Shown: one piece after another, positions 46,001-55,491 of the stretch | Numbering within the stretch: position 1 is the stretch's first letter | How the letters are laid out: every line of letters begins with the position of its first letter | NCBI RefSeq assembly: GCF_000142905.1 | Contig: NW_013657636.1 | Coordinates: 246,992 to 310,991, forward strand | DNA from: Thecamonas trahens ATCC 50062 | Taxonomy: Eukaryota > Protista > Apusomonadida | Direction of reading: 5' to 3' | Length of the DNA: 64,000 nt | Position numbers and translations under genes: made by a program | The notes under the pieces: model-generated | Database searches by the model: none | What the model was told of the DNA's origin: nothing | Seen by the model: the letters and a program-made list of their open reading frames with translations, nothing else

Positions 46001-46568
46001 GACACTCGCGCAGGCCGGCTCAGAGCAGGTCCAGGAGCTCGGGGCACAGCTGGCGGCAGCGACGGCGCAGGCGTCCGAGGAGGCGCAGCGGGCGGCCGAG
46101 GCACAGGCTAAGGCCGCTGGCCTCGAGGCCGACCTCGCGACGCAGCTCGCCGAGCTCGAGCGAGTCCGCAAGCTCGCCGACGAGTGGAAGGTCTCGGCCA
46201 AGGAGGCGCAGACAGCGCTCCGCATCGAGTCACTCAAGCGGCAGGAGATGGAGGACCAGACAGCACGACTGAAGCGGTCGGTCGAGTCGCTGCAGTCGTC
46301 GATGGCCGAAAAGGTGGACGAGGAGCGCGACAGGCTCAACGCCGTGCTCAAGGACCGGCTCCGCATTCTCGAGGAGCGCAAGGCCCGCGAGGTTTCCGGC
46401 AAGGTCGAGCGCGAGCAGGTCTCGGGCCTTGGTAAGGTCACCGCATGGAAGCAGGATGAGGCCTCCCGGGTGAAGATGGAGGCCGTCCTTGCCCGACGTG
46501 CCCGCCAGGCGCAGCTCGATGCCGCTGAGGCTGAAGACAACGCCCGCCGGGCCGGAGGCGAGGAATGA
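43053..46568 (+). CDS. Long coiled-coil protein of unknown function
   Basis: An uninterrupted ~1170-aa Ala/Glu/Leu/Lys heptad ORF with coding-like codon usage. Confidence 0.85.
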   Translation: MSFLAEVTRAVDQQAELLQLLHELEAADRANRLLTDDLELAKATTKTAVASSTKVGHSLTALRSLHEKSMAKARGEIAELSEKLAAAESVLHDYEEKTATAVARADAASARADAAEARAAEEAKRARTLARKLEDDAAARRVEARRDAAAEFELLKEELLIELGLATRKKEAEIDQVRTKLHARLRRREQEKSVSGELDYGNKKLQQRVKELKTRLAAAVSARNELQTTKVQLQAQLAELQAKYNANVSKWKSRYASVARSAKELHSSSTLRGEQAQMLSSQLAAVKVELKAAHKDRIVLESQLSQAMADKTVAMAKAEELAAEAARAQSTARTTTETASRLEVKLKQVSNMRKSVAMSAMEDKVKLQAQVDNLKVSLDDTSAQLAEAKAALAAKDAALKQAQTSKETTSSIKDALADDLAKAREELVEAQAQVAALSSAKYSLETQLNEAVSRLETELSVAEHNAETAAMATAELRERLRAVEAEAEAARAAQREAEDALTEAHSSARVTGDTLTEVKADLEDQLSGTRLALATANDEVARLEREVAQLRLDTAAADADARKQVTDLALQLKDTRLKSQHRVSVLEQDLAKAKAELSMAMDNSNSKLELEKAARTKLEAQYRALKKERASLVHELDEQASSVIQSQAKVEALTEALSGKKAALVSVKRELREARAEAAAASRAAERADERAAKLTRQIEELNERLAEMQASRRDLMASAASLPASGLSAASLASEATGIGSTGDGSDGARVAQLESALAAAEEQAASARERARMLESQNMELSHANLELSEEADAASGRVTELVAAKAQLAAQLQSAQGRIRALSDAGDGDGDEATEAAERGQVVALSARISQLELNLNAASSAKARAESKANELVRANLEASLAIKTAEAARAAAENAAASAQKARAQLRQELEVAHAARASTQASLEEARADADSARSEAAEAVAERDGVRRALAKAEAELETLRRRSADAREQADALQATLAQAGSEQVQELGAQLAAATAQASEEAQRAAEAQAKAAGLEADLATQLAELERVRKLADEWKVSAKEAQTALRIESLKRQEMEDQTARLKRSVESLQSSMAEKVDEERDRLNAVLKDRLRILEERKAREVSGKVEREQVSGLGKVTAWKQDEASRVKMEAVLARRARQAQLDAAEAEDNARRAGGEE

Positions 46569-46729
46569 AGCATGGGGGGTGGGGGGTGGAGTTGTTGAAC
46601 AAAAAATTGTTGCATGTGGGTGGCTACGGGACAGGGACAGGGCGGGCGGAAGGCGGAGAAGGCGAGGGGCAGTGACGGCAGCGGCAGCGGCACTGGACTC
46701 GCGCCTGTGGCTCGGCTGAACCCGCACGC

Positions 46730-48216
46730 ATGTCATCGCCGTCCCCGGACGCCAGTGACATGTATGTCACGTTCTACGGGCGCGGCAAGCCAGTGCCTGC
46801 CGAGCGGGCGTTCTTCCACACCGGCGACGGAGGCGGAGACCCACTCGATGAGCTCTCGGGCCTGATACGATATCATCCGGCCATGTCCCGCGCCATCCTC
46901 GCCGACCCACCGCCTCGCTCGGCCGCTCCTATGTCGCCTCGCAAGACACGAGGCGAAGGCAAAGGTGATGGGGGGGGTGCTGACGACGGCGATGATGCTG
47001 ATGTGGTGGCTGCGCTCGCCGAGCTCGATGGCCTGGTGGCGTATGCACCGACCATGTCGTTGGCGCTCTCGCCGTACACGTCGCCAAAGCCATCGCCAGT
47101 GCGTGGCGAGGAAGAGGCTAATGCGACCGAGACGGAGACGATGGTGACGGAGGCGAGCGCGAGCGGCTTGGGCGTGGATCACACGCTGACGTATCGCGGG
47201 ACGCTGGCAGCGCGGACGGTCGATCTAACGCTGACGCTGGCGTTGGATGGCGGCGGGAGCGCGAGCCGGCCCGAGTCTACGAGCTCGACGGTAGTGAACC
47301 AAGATCAAGTGGTGCGGTTCGAGGTGACGGCGCCGTCGCTCGATGTCATTCCGTGGTCGCAGCTCGAGCTGGAGACGGTGCTCTCCCGCGGCGGGTTTGC
47401 GGTGGTGTGGCGGGCGCGATACATGTACGACGAGGTGGCGGTCAAGATTGTGTCGTCGCTGGCGTACCTGGGCCAGGTTCAGTCGTTTGTGGAAGAGGTG
47501 GCCATGCTCGCGGCGCTGCGGCACGCCAATGTGGTCTTTTTGGTTGGCATCTGCACCGAGGTCTCGCGCTGCGCCATTGTCATGGAGAACATGGCTGGCG
47601 GCGACCTCGCGCGCGCACTGCACGGCAAGCACCGCATTGGGCTGGAGATCGGTACCCGCCTTCGGATTGTCCGCGATGTCGCCCGCGGCCTCGCGTACCT
47701 CCACCGGCATGGCCTCCCGCACCGTGACCTCAAGCCGGCCAACGTCCTCCTGGTCTCGGCCTCGCCGCTCGTGCTCAACGAGCCGTCACTTTCGGTCCGC
47801 GCCAAGATCGCCGACTTTGGCCTCTCGGGTGTCAAGCTCTCGCATGCGGGTCGGTCGTTTGCCTGCACGCTCCGCTACGCTGCGCCTGAGGTGCTCCTTG
47901 GCGAGGTCTCAGGCACGGTGAGCCACTCGTCGCTCGTTGCCGCCCGACGATGCGACATGTACTCGTTCGGCTTGCTCGCTGTCGAGGTTCTCTCCGGTGT
48001 GCGGCCGTTTGAGCACCTTGCACACGCCGCCGATCGACACGCCAACGTCTACGCTCCGCCGTTTAGTGACGATACACTCGACATTGTCGACGTCATGTGT
48101 GACGACGCCGGTGTAGGTCCTCTGCGGCTCTTCTCCGCGCATGCCTCACCGCCGAGGCGCACGAACGGCCGGAGAGTGACGCCATCCTCGCGGCGCTCTC
48201 GACGCTCCGGTCTTGA
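46730..48216 (+). CDS. TKL-group protein kinase (1-nt deletion at ~48124)
   Basis: Motifs are RGGFAVVW, VAVK, LRHANVV, HRDLKPAN, KIADFGLS, TLRYAAPE and DMYSFG. The -1 frame supplies subdomain XI, ALLRACLTAEAHERPESDAILAAL. Confidence 0.9.
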
Positions 48217-48225
48217 GCAGAGGAG

Positions 48226-51200
48226 TTACGCCCGCGTGACGCTCGCCACCATCGCCTGCTGCGCCTCTAGCTCGGCCTGTGTCCCCTCAATGGTAAACTG
48301 GAGCTGCCGCGAGACGGCACCCTGGGCCTCGCGCGCACGGCGGAAGACTGCACGGAAGAGTCGGAGCAGCGCCTTGGCGTAGAGAAGCGCAGGCTGTGAG
48401 GCCCGTAGATGCAGTGCGGCGCTTTCCTCATCCGGTGTGAGACGGACGCCGGTGACGTCCTGTGCGCCGACCAGCACGTCTTCCAGCGCGCCGACGACGC
48501 CCTCCCACTCGGCTTCGATCGCCTGCAGCTCGTCGGCGTCGGCAGCACGCGCGTCTCCCTCGGCTGCGGCAGTAGCCTCCAGCTCGGCTAGGCGGGCGCG
48601 CAGGACGGCGGCATCGCGTACGCCCTGACTCTCGTCGGCGTTGAGGCTGTCGAGAGTTGCCAGTGCGTCAGCGAGCGACGTCGAGAGGGCATCAACCTCG
48701 GCGCGGAGCGCACCGATCTCGGTCTCAGTCAGCTGGCGTGCAGCCTCGTGCAGCGCCCGCGCCGCGTCGTCGCTCCGGGTCTGGGCCGCCGCCTGTGCGC
48801 GGAGCCGATCCGCCAGCTCTGAGCGCGCCCGGTCGGCGGGTTGAAGCTTTTCCAACAGCGAGAGCTTTGACGTTGTCTTGGCAAGCGCGGCGAGGATGGC
48901 GGTGTGGGCCGCGCGGGCGGTGCTGACATCGGCCTCGAGCGCCTCGGCCTCGGACGTCGCCGCTTTTGCTGCGGCGTCTGCAGCCGCAAGCTCTGCTTCG
49001 GCTCTCGCTTGCGCCGCAGCACTCTGCTCGATGTGCTCGTTGAGCTCATCGAGCTTTGCTGCTGCCGCATCCAGCTCGGCACTCAGTGTACCGTGCTCGG
49101 CACTCAGGTTTGCCACCTTGTGCTCTGCCTGGTTCTGCGCTCGGAGGGCTTCGGCCGCAGCAGCGCGGGCGTTGCGCTCGGCACGCTCGGCGGCCCGGAC
49201 CTGGCCCGTTGCTGCTCGGGCCTCGGCCTTGCCGTCTGCGACTTGGCGGCGGAGGCTCTCGATAATCTCCTCCAACTTGCGGGCCTCGGCTTCAGCTGCA
49301 GCTAAGGTGGCGGCGGCGGCATCGCGACTGGCTTCAGCGGCGCGCACGCAGGCTTGCAGCGTCTTCCGGCGCTCGCGGGCGTCCGCAACAGCGGCGCGGT
49401 CGCGGTCTAGCGTAGCAAGTGCGTCAGCTTCGGCAGCTTGCAGAGCAGCTGCTGTCCGTTCGGCCGCGGCCGCCTGGCTTCGCAGAGCTCGCTGCTCGGC
49501 GGCAAGAGCGGCTGCTGCTGTCTGAGATGCTGCCGTATCAGACTCGAGCGCCGCCAGCTCGTCGCGAACAAGCGCCATCTGATGCGCAAGGCCCTCATTG
49601 GCCGACTCGGCGTCATACACACGCGCCTCGGCGTCGCGAACACTGGCACGCAGCGCCTCGATCTCGGCGCTCGAAGCCGCCATGGCGGCTTCGGACTCGG
49701 AAAGTGCTGCTGCGGCTGCGTCGCGTGACTCGGCGAGCGCGGCGGTGCTCGCGACGAGCTCGCCGGCCTTGGCCTCGAGCTCTGCTGCTGACGCAGACAG
49801 GTCGTCGGCCCGGGACTGCAGCCGCTGCTGGGTGTCGGAGGCGTCGGCGAGTGCGCTGCGGGCTGCAGCCAGCCTTGTCTGCATGTCGTCACTGTCAAGC
49901 CGGGCCTGGTGGAGCTCGAGCTTGGCGTCCTCGACCGCATTGGCAAGTTCGATGCGATGGGCGGACTGGCGTGCCACGCGCGACTGCAGCTCGGCAATGG
50001 TGCGGTGCACCTCCTCTGACTCGGCGCTGACATGGGTCAGCTCTGCAGTCGCGTTGGCCAGGTCGGTGTCGACACTCACCCTTGCGTCCTTGGTGTCTTC
50101 AAGCGCGCTGCGAGTCAAATCGACGCTTGCGCGCGCCTCGGCAAGGCGGCGTTCGAGGTCGGCGACGTCGGCGCGCAGCGCGGCCAGCTCGGTCTCAGCG
50201 CCCGCCAGAGCATCCGCAGCAGCGGCAGCATCATCGCGTGCACGCGTCAGACTCCGCGACGCAGAGTCGAGCTCGGAGCGCATGGTGGTGGCATTGACCC
50301 TCGCATCCGAAAGCGCAACCTCGGCATTCTCCTTGCGGCTGTCGAGACTGTGCATCTCGGCTCGAGCCGCGGCGTAGTCACTGCGAGCAGCAGCAGTAGC
50401 GGCGTCAAGCTGCTCGGTTTCGCTGTTGGCGGCACGTAGCTTGTTGCGGAGCTCACACAGTCGGGCGTCAAGGCTTGTGCGCTCGTTGTCAAGCCTAGCC
50501 ACTTGTGCAGCAAGCTTGTCACGATCAGCGGCGGCATCGTCACGTGCCGTGACGGCCGCAGCCGCCGTTGCCCGCAGCGCGGGCAGCGAGTCGCGGAGGA
50601 CACTCAGCTCGCTCTCGGCGGTAGCCACGGCGTCGACGAGCTCGTTGCGCTGGGCAGTGACCAGCAGTACATCCGACTCGAGCGTGGCGACCTCGAGCTG
50701 GAGGCTGTTAGCCTCAAGCGTGGCAGACTTGGCTTCGTCGAGCACGGTGGCTTCCTCGGCGCGGAGCGCGTCGAGCTTGGCGACAAGTGCGTGGTGGCTC
50801 TCGCGGAGCTCAGAGAGGCCAGCAGCGGCAGCATTGGCTTCGATGGCACTCGCATCACGGGCGGCCCGTGCAGCGTCGAGTGCTGCGAGCAGGGCATCGC
50901 GCTGGGCAGCGGCGGCGTCGCGCTTCGACTGGAGGACGCAGGCTTCGTCGGCATCGGCAGCGATGCGGGCACGCAGCTGCTCGGTGGCAGCGTTGACGTC
51001 GGCAAGGCGGGCCGCTTCGACGGCGACGCTGTCCTTAACACGTTGTAGGTCGGCAGCAGCGGTGTTGGCCTCGGCCCGGAGCTCAACCAGCTGTGATGCG
51101 AGGTCACGCTTGGAGGCGAGCGAGGCTTGGAGCTTGGCCGAGAGCGAGGTGGTGGTTGACTCCAGCTCGGCGGCCACGGCGGCCTTGGCATTGCGCTCGG

Positions 51201-53877
51201 CAGTAGCGGCAGCGATACGGGACAACGTCTCACGGAGGGCGTCGCGCTGGGCGTCCAGGGCGGCAGCAGCGCGTTCCTCGTCGAGCTGCGAGGCGTGCAG
51301 GGCAGAGGCTGCGGCCGTCCGCGCAGTACGGAGCGAGGCCAGGTGCGCGTCGGCGGCGGTGAGCTCGACAGCGACTGATGAGAGCTGCGATGAGGCAAGG
51401 GTAAAGTCGGCTTGCGAGCGTGACAGCTCGTGGGCAAGCTCGACTCGCTCCACCCGCACGCGGGCCAGCGCCGAGTGGGTCGACATCAGCTCTGAGCGTG
51501 AGGCCTCGACATCGGCGGCCTGCTGCGAGAGGGCATCGACGTGGCGGGCGAGCTCGGACTGGGTCCGCGACAATGCGAGGCCCGAGGCAGCGACAGCTGT
51601 GCGGGCCGAGACCAGCTGGGCCTGCGACGCAGCAAGCGAGCTCCGTGCACGTCGAACAGTCTCGTTCTTTGCCGCCAGCAGCTCGCGCTTGGCAGCAAGC
51701 TCGGCCTCCAGCGCCTCCAGCTGACTAGCCAAAGCCTCGCGCTCGGCAGCAGCGGCACCGAGAACCGACGACGCCGCCGCCGTGTCTGGGCCGAGCGCCT
51801 CGAGGCGGGCCCGGGCGTCGGTTAGTGCTGCGATTGTTGTCGCAATCGAGTCTTCCAAGCCCGCCGCGTCGAACGAGGCGCGATGGAGCGCGAGCTTGGC
51901 CGTGGTATGGGCCTGGTTCGCTGATGACAGCGGGAGAGGGGTGGCGAGGTCGTCGATCTCGAGCGTGCGGGTGTGACCTTGGGGGTGGGGCTCGTCGGCT
52001 ACGATGGTTGGCTCGGGCTGTGGCGGCGGCTGGGTGGCGGCAGCGGCGAGCTGGTGCTGGAGCTGTACGATGGTGGCATTGGCAGCCTCGAGCTTGGCCT
52101 CGGCGTCGGGTGAGGGCGTGGCGGCTGGCGGTGGCTGGGTGGCGGCAGCGGCGAGCTGGTGCTGGAGCTGTACGATGGTGGCGTTGGCAGCCTCGAGCTT
52201 GGCCTCGGCGTCGGGTGAGGGCGTGGCGGCTGGCGGTGGCTGAGTGGCGGCAGCGGCGAGCTGGTGCTGGAGCTGTGCGATGGTGGCGTTGGCGGCCTCG
52301 AGCTTGGCCACAAGGCGGTGAACGGGTTGAGCCCGGTTAGAGGTGACAGCGAGCTGGTGCTGGAGCTGTGCGATGGTGGCGTTGGCGGCCTCGAGCTTGG
52401 CCTCGGCGTTGGGTGAGGTCGTGGCGGCTGGCGGTGGCTGAGTGGCGGCAGCGACGAGCTGGTGCTGGTGCTGTGCGGTGGTGGCGTTGGCGGCTTCAAG
52501 CTTGGCCTCGGGTGGAGACGGGACGTCGGCCTCGTTCCTTGGTCGGAGCTGGCTAGAGGCGATCGCAAGGGCCGTCTCGGTCGCTTCAAGTCGTGCTTGG
52601 AGGTCAGCATTGGCATCAGCCATCGCTGACATTGCGTGAGCAACGTCGTTGCACTCGAGAGTGGCCCTCAGCCGGCTGTTTTCAGCCTCCAGCTTAATGG
52701 CTGTCGCCTGGATCTGCTCCAACATGCCCACCAAAGCATCGATGGGCTCGGGCGAGTCTGCCTCGCGGATGCGCTCCAGTGCAGCACGCAGGCGGTCGTT
52801 CTCGGCGGCCAGATCAGGCGTATCACGGGCAGTGTCAAGTTCGGCGCGAAGTTGCTCATTCGCAGCGGTTGTGGCTTCCGCTTCGCCCTGCATGATCTTG
52901 ATCTGCTTTCCCGCTGCCAGCACTGCCTGCTCAAGGCGCTCCACATACTCGGGATCGGCAGCGTGGGCCAGCTTGTCGAGTGCAAGCTCTAGCTTCGACC
53001 TTGCCTCGGTTGCGGCCCGAGCCTCGTCATCAGCGAGCTTCTCGGCACTCGACATCGCAGTCGTCATCTGGGCCAGCTGATCCACTAGCATAGCTAGCGC
53101 CGTCTCGAGCTCATTGCATCGCGTGCAGGGAGCAGACTCGGCCGCAGCCAGTGCGCTGGTCAGCTCATCGCATCGAAGGCAGGAAGGGTTCTCGAGCGCA
53201 TCCGATGCGACGTTGGCATCGCAGTTCTCTTTGCTGCTCTCCGCAAGTCCGCTCACCGCCTCTTGTGCCATGCTGCGGCCAAGCCTCTCTGCCAGCACCT
53301 CCACCGCAAGAGCGTTGGGAACTTGGCTACCCGCGGCCTCCTCAGGCGCTGGGCGGCGCAGCAATTCGTGAGATGGGCTCTGGTTGGGCTCTGGTGCTGG
53401 TGGCTGCACTTCGGTCTCTGGTGGCTGCCGCGCCTTGTCAGAGCCATGCATCAACCACATCAGCTCACGGACCTCCTTGTCCGACTCTTCAAATGACTCC
53501 GAGTACATCGCTCCACGACCATCCTCGCCAAGCAGCATCCGCCGCAGTGCCAGGTACTTGCCCCGCAGGACCTGCTCGGCCTCATCTACCGCCATCGGTT
53601 GCTCCGACTCGGCCTGTGCCCATCCCTCGCGCCCACATGAGTCAATTCGCCCCTTCCTCCCTTTCCTCCCCTTCCCCTCCTTCCCCTCCCTCCTCGTCAG
53701 GTCGCCTACCATGAGGCGGATCACCCTCTGCCAGCCCGTCTCAACAAACACGGCGTCAACTTCGGCAGCCGTCGCCGCCAGCTGTGCTTGGTCATGGGAG
53801 AGACCATGGAGAAAGAGGCCCACAGTCTCCCGCCGCACACCAAGACTCTCCGCCACAAGGTCAAGCACGTCGCCCAT
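48226..53877 (-). CDS. Very long Ala-rich coiled-coil protein (5' exon structure uncertain; probable intron ~53710-53615)
   Basis: A ~1880-codon open frame with heptad patterns and internal repeats. Confidence 0.8.
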   Translation of the reverse strand: MGDVLDLVAESLGVRRETVGLFLHGLSHDQAQLAATAAEVDAVFVETGWQRVIRLMVGDLTRREGKEGKGRKGRKGRIDSCGREGWAQAESEQPMAVDEAEQVLRGKYLALRRMLLGEDGRGAMYSESFEESDKEVRELMWLMHGSDKARQPPETEVQPPAPEPNQSPSHELLRRPAPEEAAGSQVPNALAVEVLAERLGRSMAQEAVSGLAESSKENCDANVASDALENPSCLRCDELTSALAAAESAPCTRCNELETALAMLVDQLAQMTTAMSSAEKLADDEARAATEARSKLELALDKLAHAADPEYVERLEQAVLAAGKQIKIMQGEAEATTAANEQLRAELDTARDTPDLAAENDRLRAALERIREADSPEPIDALVGMLEQIQATAIKLEAENSRLRATLECNDVAHAMSAMADANADLQARLEATETALAIASSQLRPRNEADVPSPPEAKLEAANATTAQHQHQLVAAATQPPPAATTSPNAEAKLEAANATIAQLQHQLAVTSNRAQPVHRLVAKLEAANATIAQLQHQLAAAATQPPPAATPSPDAEAKLEAANATIVQLQHQLAAAATQPPPAATPSPDAEAKLEAANATIVQLQHQLAAAATQPPPQPEPTIVADEPHPQGHTRTLEIDDLATPLPLSSANQAHTTAKLALHRASFDAAGLEDSIATTIAALTDARARLEALGPDTAAASSVLGAAAAEREALASQLEALEAELAAKRELLAAKNETVRRARSSLAASQAQLVSARTAVAASGLALSRTQSELARHVDALSQQAADVEASRSELMSTHSALARVRVERVELAHELSRSQADFTLASSQLSSVAVELTAADAHLASLRTARTAAASALHASQLDEERAAAALDAQRDALRETLSRIAAATAERNAKAAVAAELESTTTSLSAKLQASLASKRDLASQLVELRAEANTAAADLQRVKDSVAVEAARLADVNAATEQLRARIAADADEACVLQSKRDAAAAQRDALLAALDAARAARDASAIEANAAAAGLSELRESHHALVAKLDALRAEEATVLDEAKSATLEANSLQLEVATLESDVLLVTAQRNELVDAVATAESELSVLRDSLPALRATAAAAVTARDDAAADRDKLAAQVARLDNERTSLDARLCELRNKLRAANSETEQLDAATAAARSDYAAARAEMHSLDSRKENAEVALSDARVNATTMRSELDSASRSLTRARDDAAAAADALAGAETELAALRADVADLERRLAEARASVDLTRSALEDTKDARVSVDTDLANATAELTHVSAESEEVHRTIAELQSRVARQSAHRIELANAVEDAKLELHQARLDSDDMQTRLAAARSALADASDTQQRLQSRADDLSASAAELEAKAGELVASTAALAESRDAAAAALSESEAAMAASSAEIEALRASVRDAEARVYDAESANEGLAHQMALVRDELAALESDTAASQTAAAALAAEQRALRSQAAAAERTAAALQAAEADALATLDRDRAAVADARERRKTLQACVRAAEASRDAAAATLAAAEAEARKLEEIIESLRRQVADGKAEARAATGQVRAAERAERNARAAAAEALRAQNQAEHKVANLSAEHGTLSAELDAAAAKLDELNEHIEQSAAAQARAEAELAAADAAAKAATSEAEALEADVSTARAAHTAILAALAKTTSKLSLLEKLQPADRARSELADRLRAQAAAQTRSDDAARALHEAARQLTETEIGALRAEVDALSTSLADALATLDSLNADESQGVRDAAVLRARLAELEATAAAEGDARAADADELQAIEAEWEGVVGALEDVLVGAQDVTGVRLTPDEESAALHLRASQPALLYAKALLRLFRAVFRRAREAQGAVSRQLQFTIEGTQAELEAQQAMVASVTRA
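52020..52510 (-). repeat. Coding tandem repeat, ~105-bp unit (AKLEAANATIxQLQHQLAAAATQPPPAATPSPDAE), about 5 copies
   Basis: Visible at both DNA and protein level. Confidence 0.9.
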
Positions 53878-54281
53878 GACCTTCCTCCCCAGTGAGTCCA
53901 GTGTTGCCTCTGGCTACTTCCTCTGCCTCCCGCCACATTCGGCCACCGGTCGTTTGCCTCCGCGCCAAAAGGGGACGCTGTCACGGTAAAGGCCACGATG
54001 AGCTGGCAATTGCAGAGATATGGCTGAGAAAACGGGTTGGGAGGGGGGTGGGGGTAAAGGGGTGGGGTGCGGGCGAGGTGGTGATGACGGGGAGGGGTGT
54101 GTGTGTGTGTACGCGGTGGAGACGGTGTGGAAACAGATTGAGGTGATGGAGATAAAAACACGTGATCATCTTGCTTTAGATGGTGTTGCCCAGCCTTCTC
54201 ACGCCAATCTCGCCGGACATTACACAGCTACGGAAGACAGTCTGCATACAACACGCCCCCCCCCTCCTCCCCCACACACAG

Positions 54282-55190
54282 ATGCGATGGACTCCATTAT
54301 TACCCCAATTGCCCGTGCAAACCATCCACTGCACGCCATCGATGCCCGTTCGTCCGCCAACGGAACCGAACAAGCGTTCGATGAGACTCGAAAAGGAGGT
54401 CGATGCTGAGCTGGTGAGCACCGCTCTCGCTCTCGGACGCGAAGAGCAGCAACGGCAGAGGAGTGTGATGGACGAGAACGAGAGCTGTGGATGGGGTAGC
54501 AGGTGTTGGGTGATGCGGCGGTGGGCAGAGGCACCGCTGGTGGCACAGGTGGTGGCGGCAGTGGCAGGGCGGAGTGCGTCGGTGGAGCAACTGGCGGTGG
54601 TGGTGGCGACCGAGGAGCGGCGGAGCGACGCTGGTATGGCGGTGGGCGCGTGGATGATGGGCAACGAAGTCCGCGGACCGCGGCTGTGGAAGATGCTGGT
54701 GCTTGAAGCGCTGGAGCGAATGTCGCAGCTAGCCGCGGCGCTCCTGGCGGCGGTCTCCGGCGTTGTGTGGGGTGCTCTCGGCGCGCCGGCGTTCAAGATC
54801 AAGCTTGCGGTGGCAGGCACAGTGGCGTTGGCCGAGGCGCGCCTCCCGCTTGTCCACAAAGGCCGAACCTCGCTCGCGATGGAGGCGCTCGATCTGGTGG
54901 TGGTTGACGTCCGCGCGAGCACGTTCTCGCTTGCGGCGCCAACGCTCCCGCGAGCGCACGGACTCGGCTCGGCGACAGTTGTGCGGGTCATTGAGCGGCC
55001 TGCCGCGCCACTCCGGGTTTGGCTGCGGTTCATGGGTGACTCAATCCTGGCGCTGACAGGCGTCGGCTGGATCGCCAACGGCGTGCTCGTCGCGCTCACC
55101 CGGCGGACGCTCATGGATTTCGCCCTCGGCACCCGGGTCATCGATGGCCTCGCCGTCGATCTCCAGCTCTTTCACCCACGCACACTCTGA
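54282..55190 (+). CDS. Putative membrane protein of unknown function (start uncertain)
   Basis: An open frame with several hydrophobic segments; no family recognised. Confidence 0.5.
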   Translation: MRWTPLLPQLPVQTIHCTPSMPVRPPTEPNKRSMRLEKEVDAELVSTALALGREEQQRQRSVMDENESCGWGSRCWVMRRWAEAPLVAQVVAAVAGRSASVEQLAVVVATEERRSDAGMAVGAWMMGNEVRGPRLWKMLVLEALERMSQLAAALLAAVSGVVWGALGAPAFKIKLAVAGTVALAEARLPLVHKGRTSLAMEALDLVVVDVRASTFSLAAPTLPRAHGLGSATVVRVIERPAAPLRVWLRFMGDSILALTGVGWIANGVLVALTRRTLMDFALGTRVIDGLAVDLQLFHPRTL

Positions 55191-55491
55191 CTGCTCCTCA
55201 CCGCTCGCCTGCGTCGCGGTTGCGCTGATGCGCCGCCTACGTAGCGTGCCGAGCCGGACTGGACCGCCGGCACTGCCCGCGCTCATCGACCGAGCCCCCA
55301 TATCTCGTGCCCTGGTCACTCTTGCAACAGACTCACACATGTAAACTACTTGTCCATCGTGCTGTTGTACCAATCGCGCGCGCTTGGCAGTAGCATTGAG
55401 CTGGCTGGTTGGCGCTTTCCGCCCACCGCCCCCGCCTTTCGGCGGAGCGTATTCGGCGGTCGGCACTTGGCGCCAAAACGGGAAGCAGACG

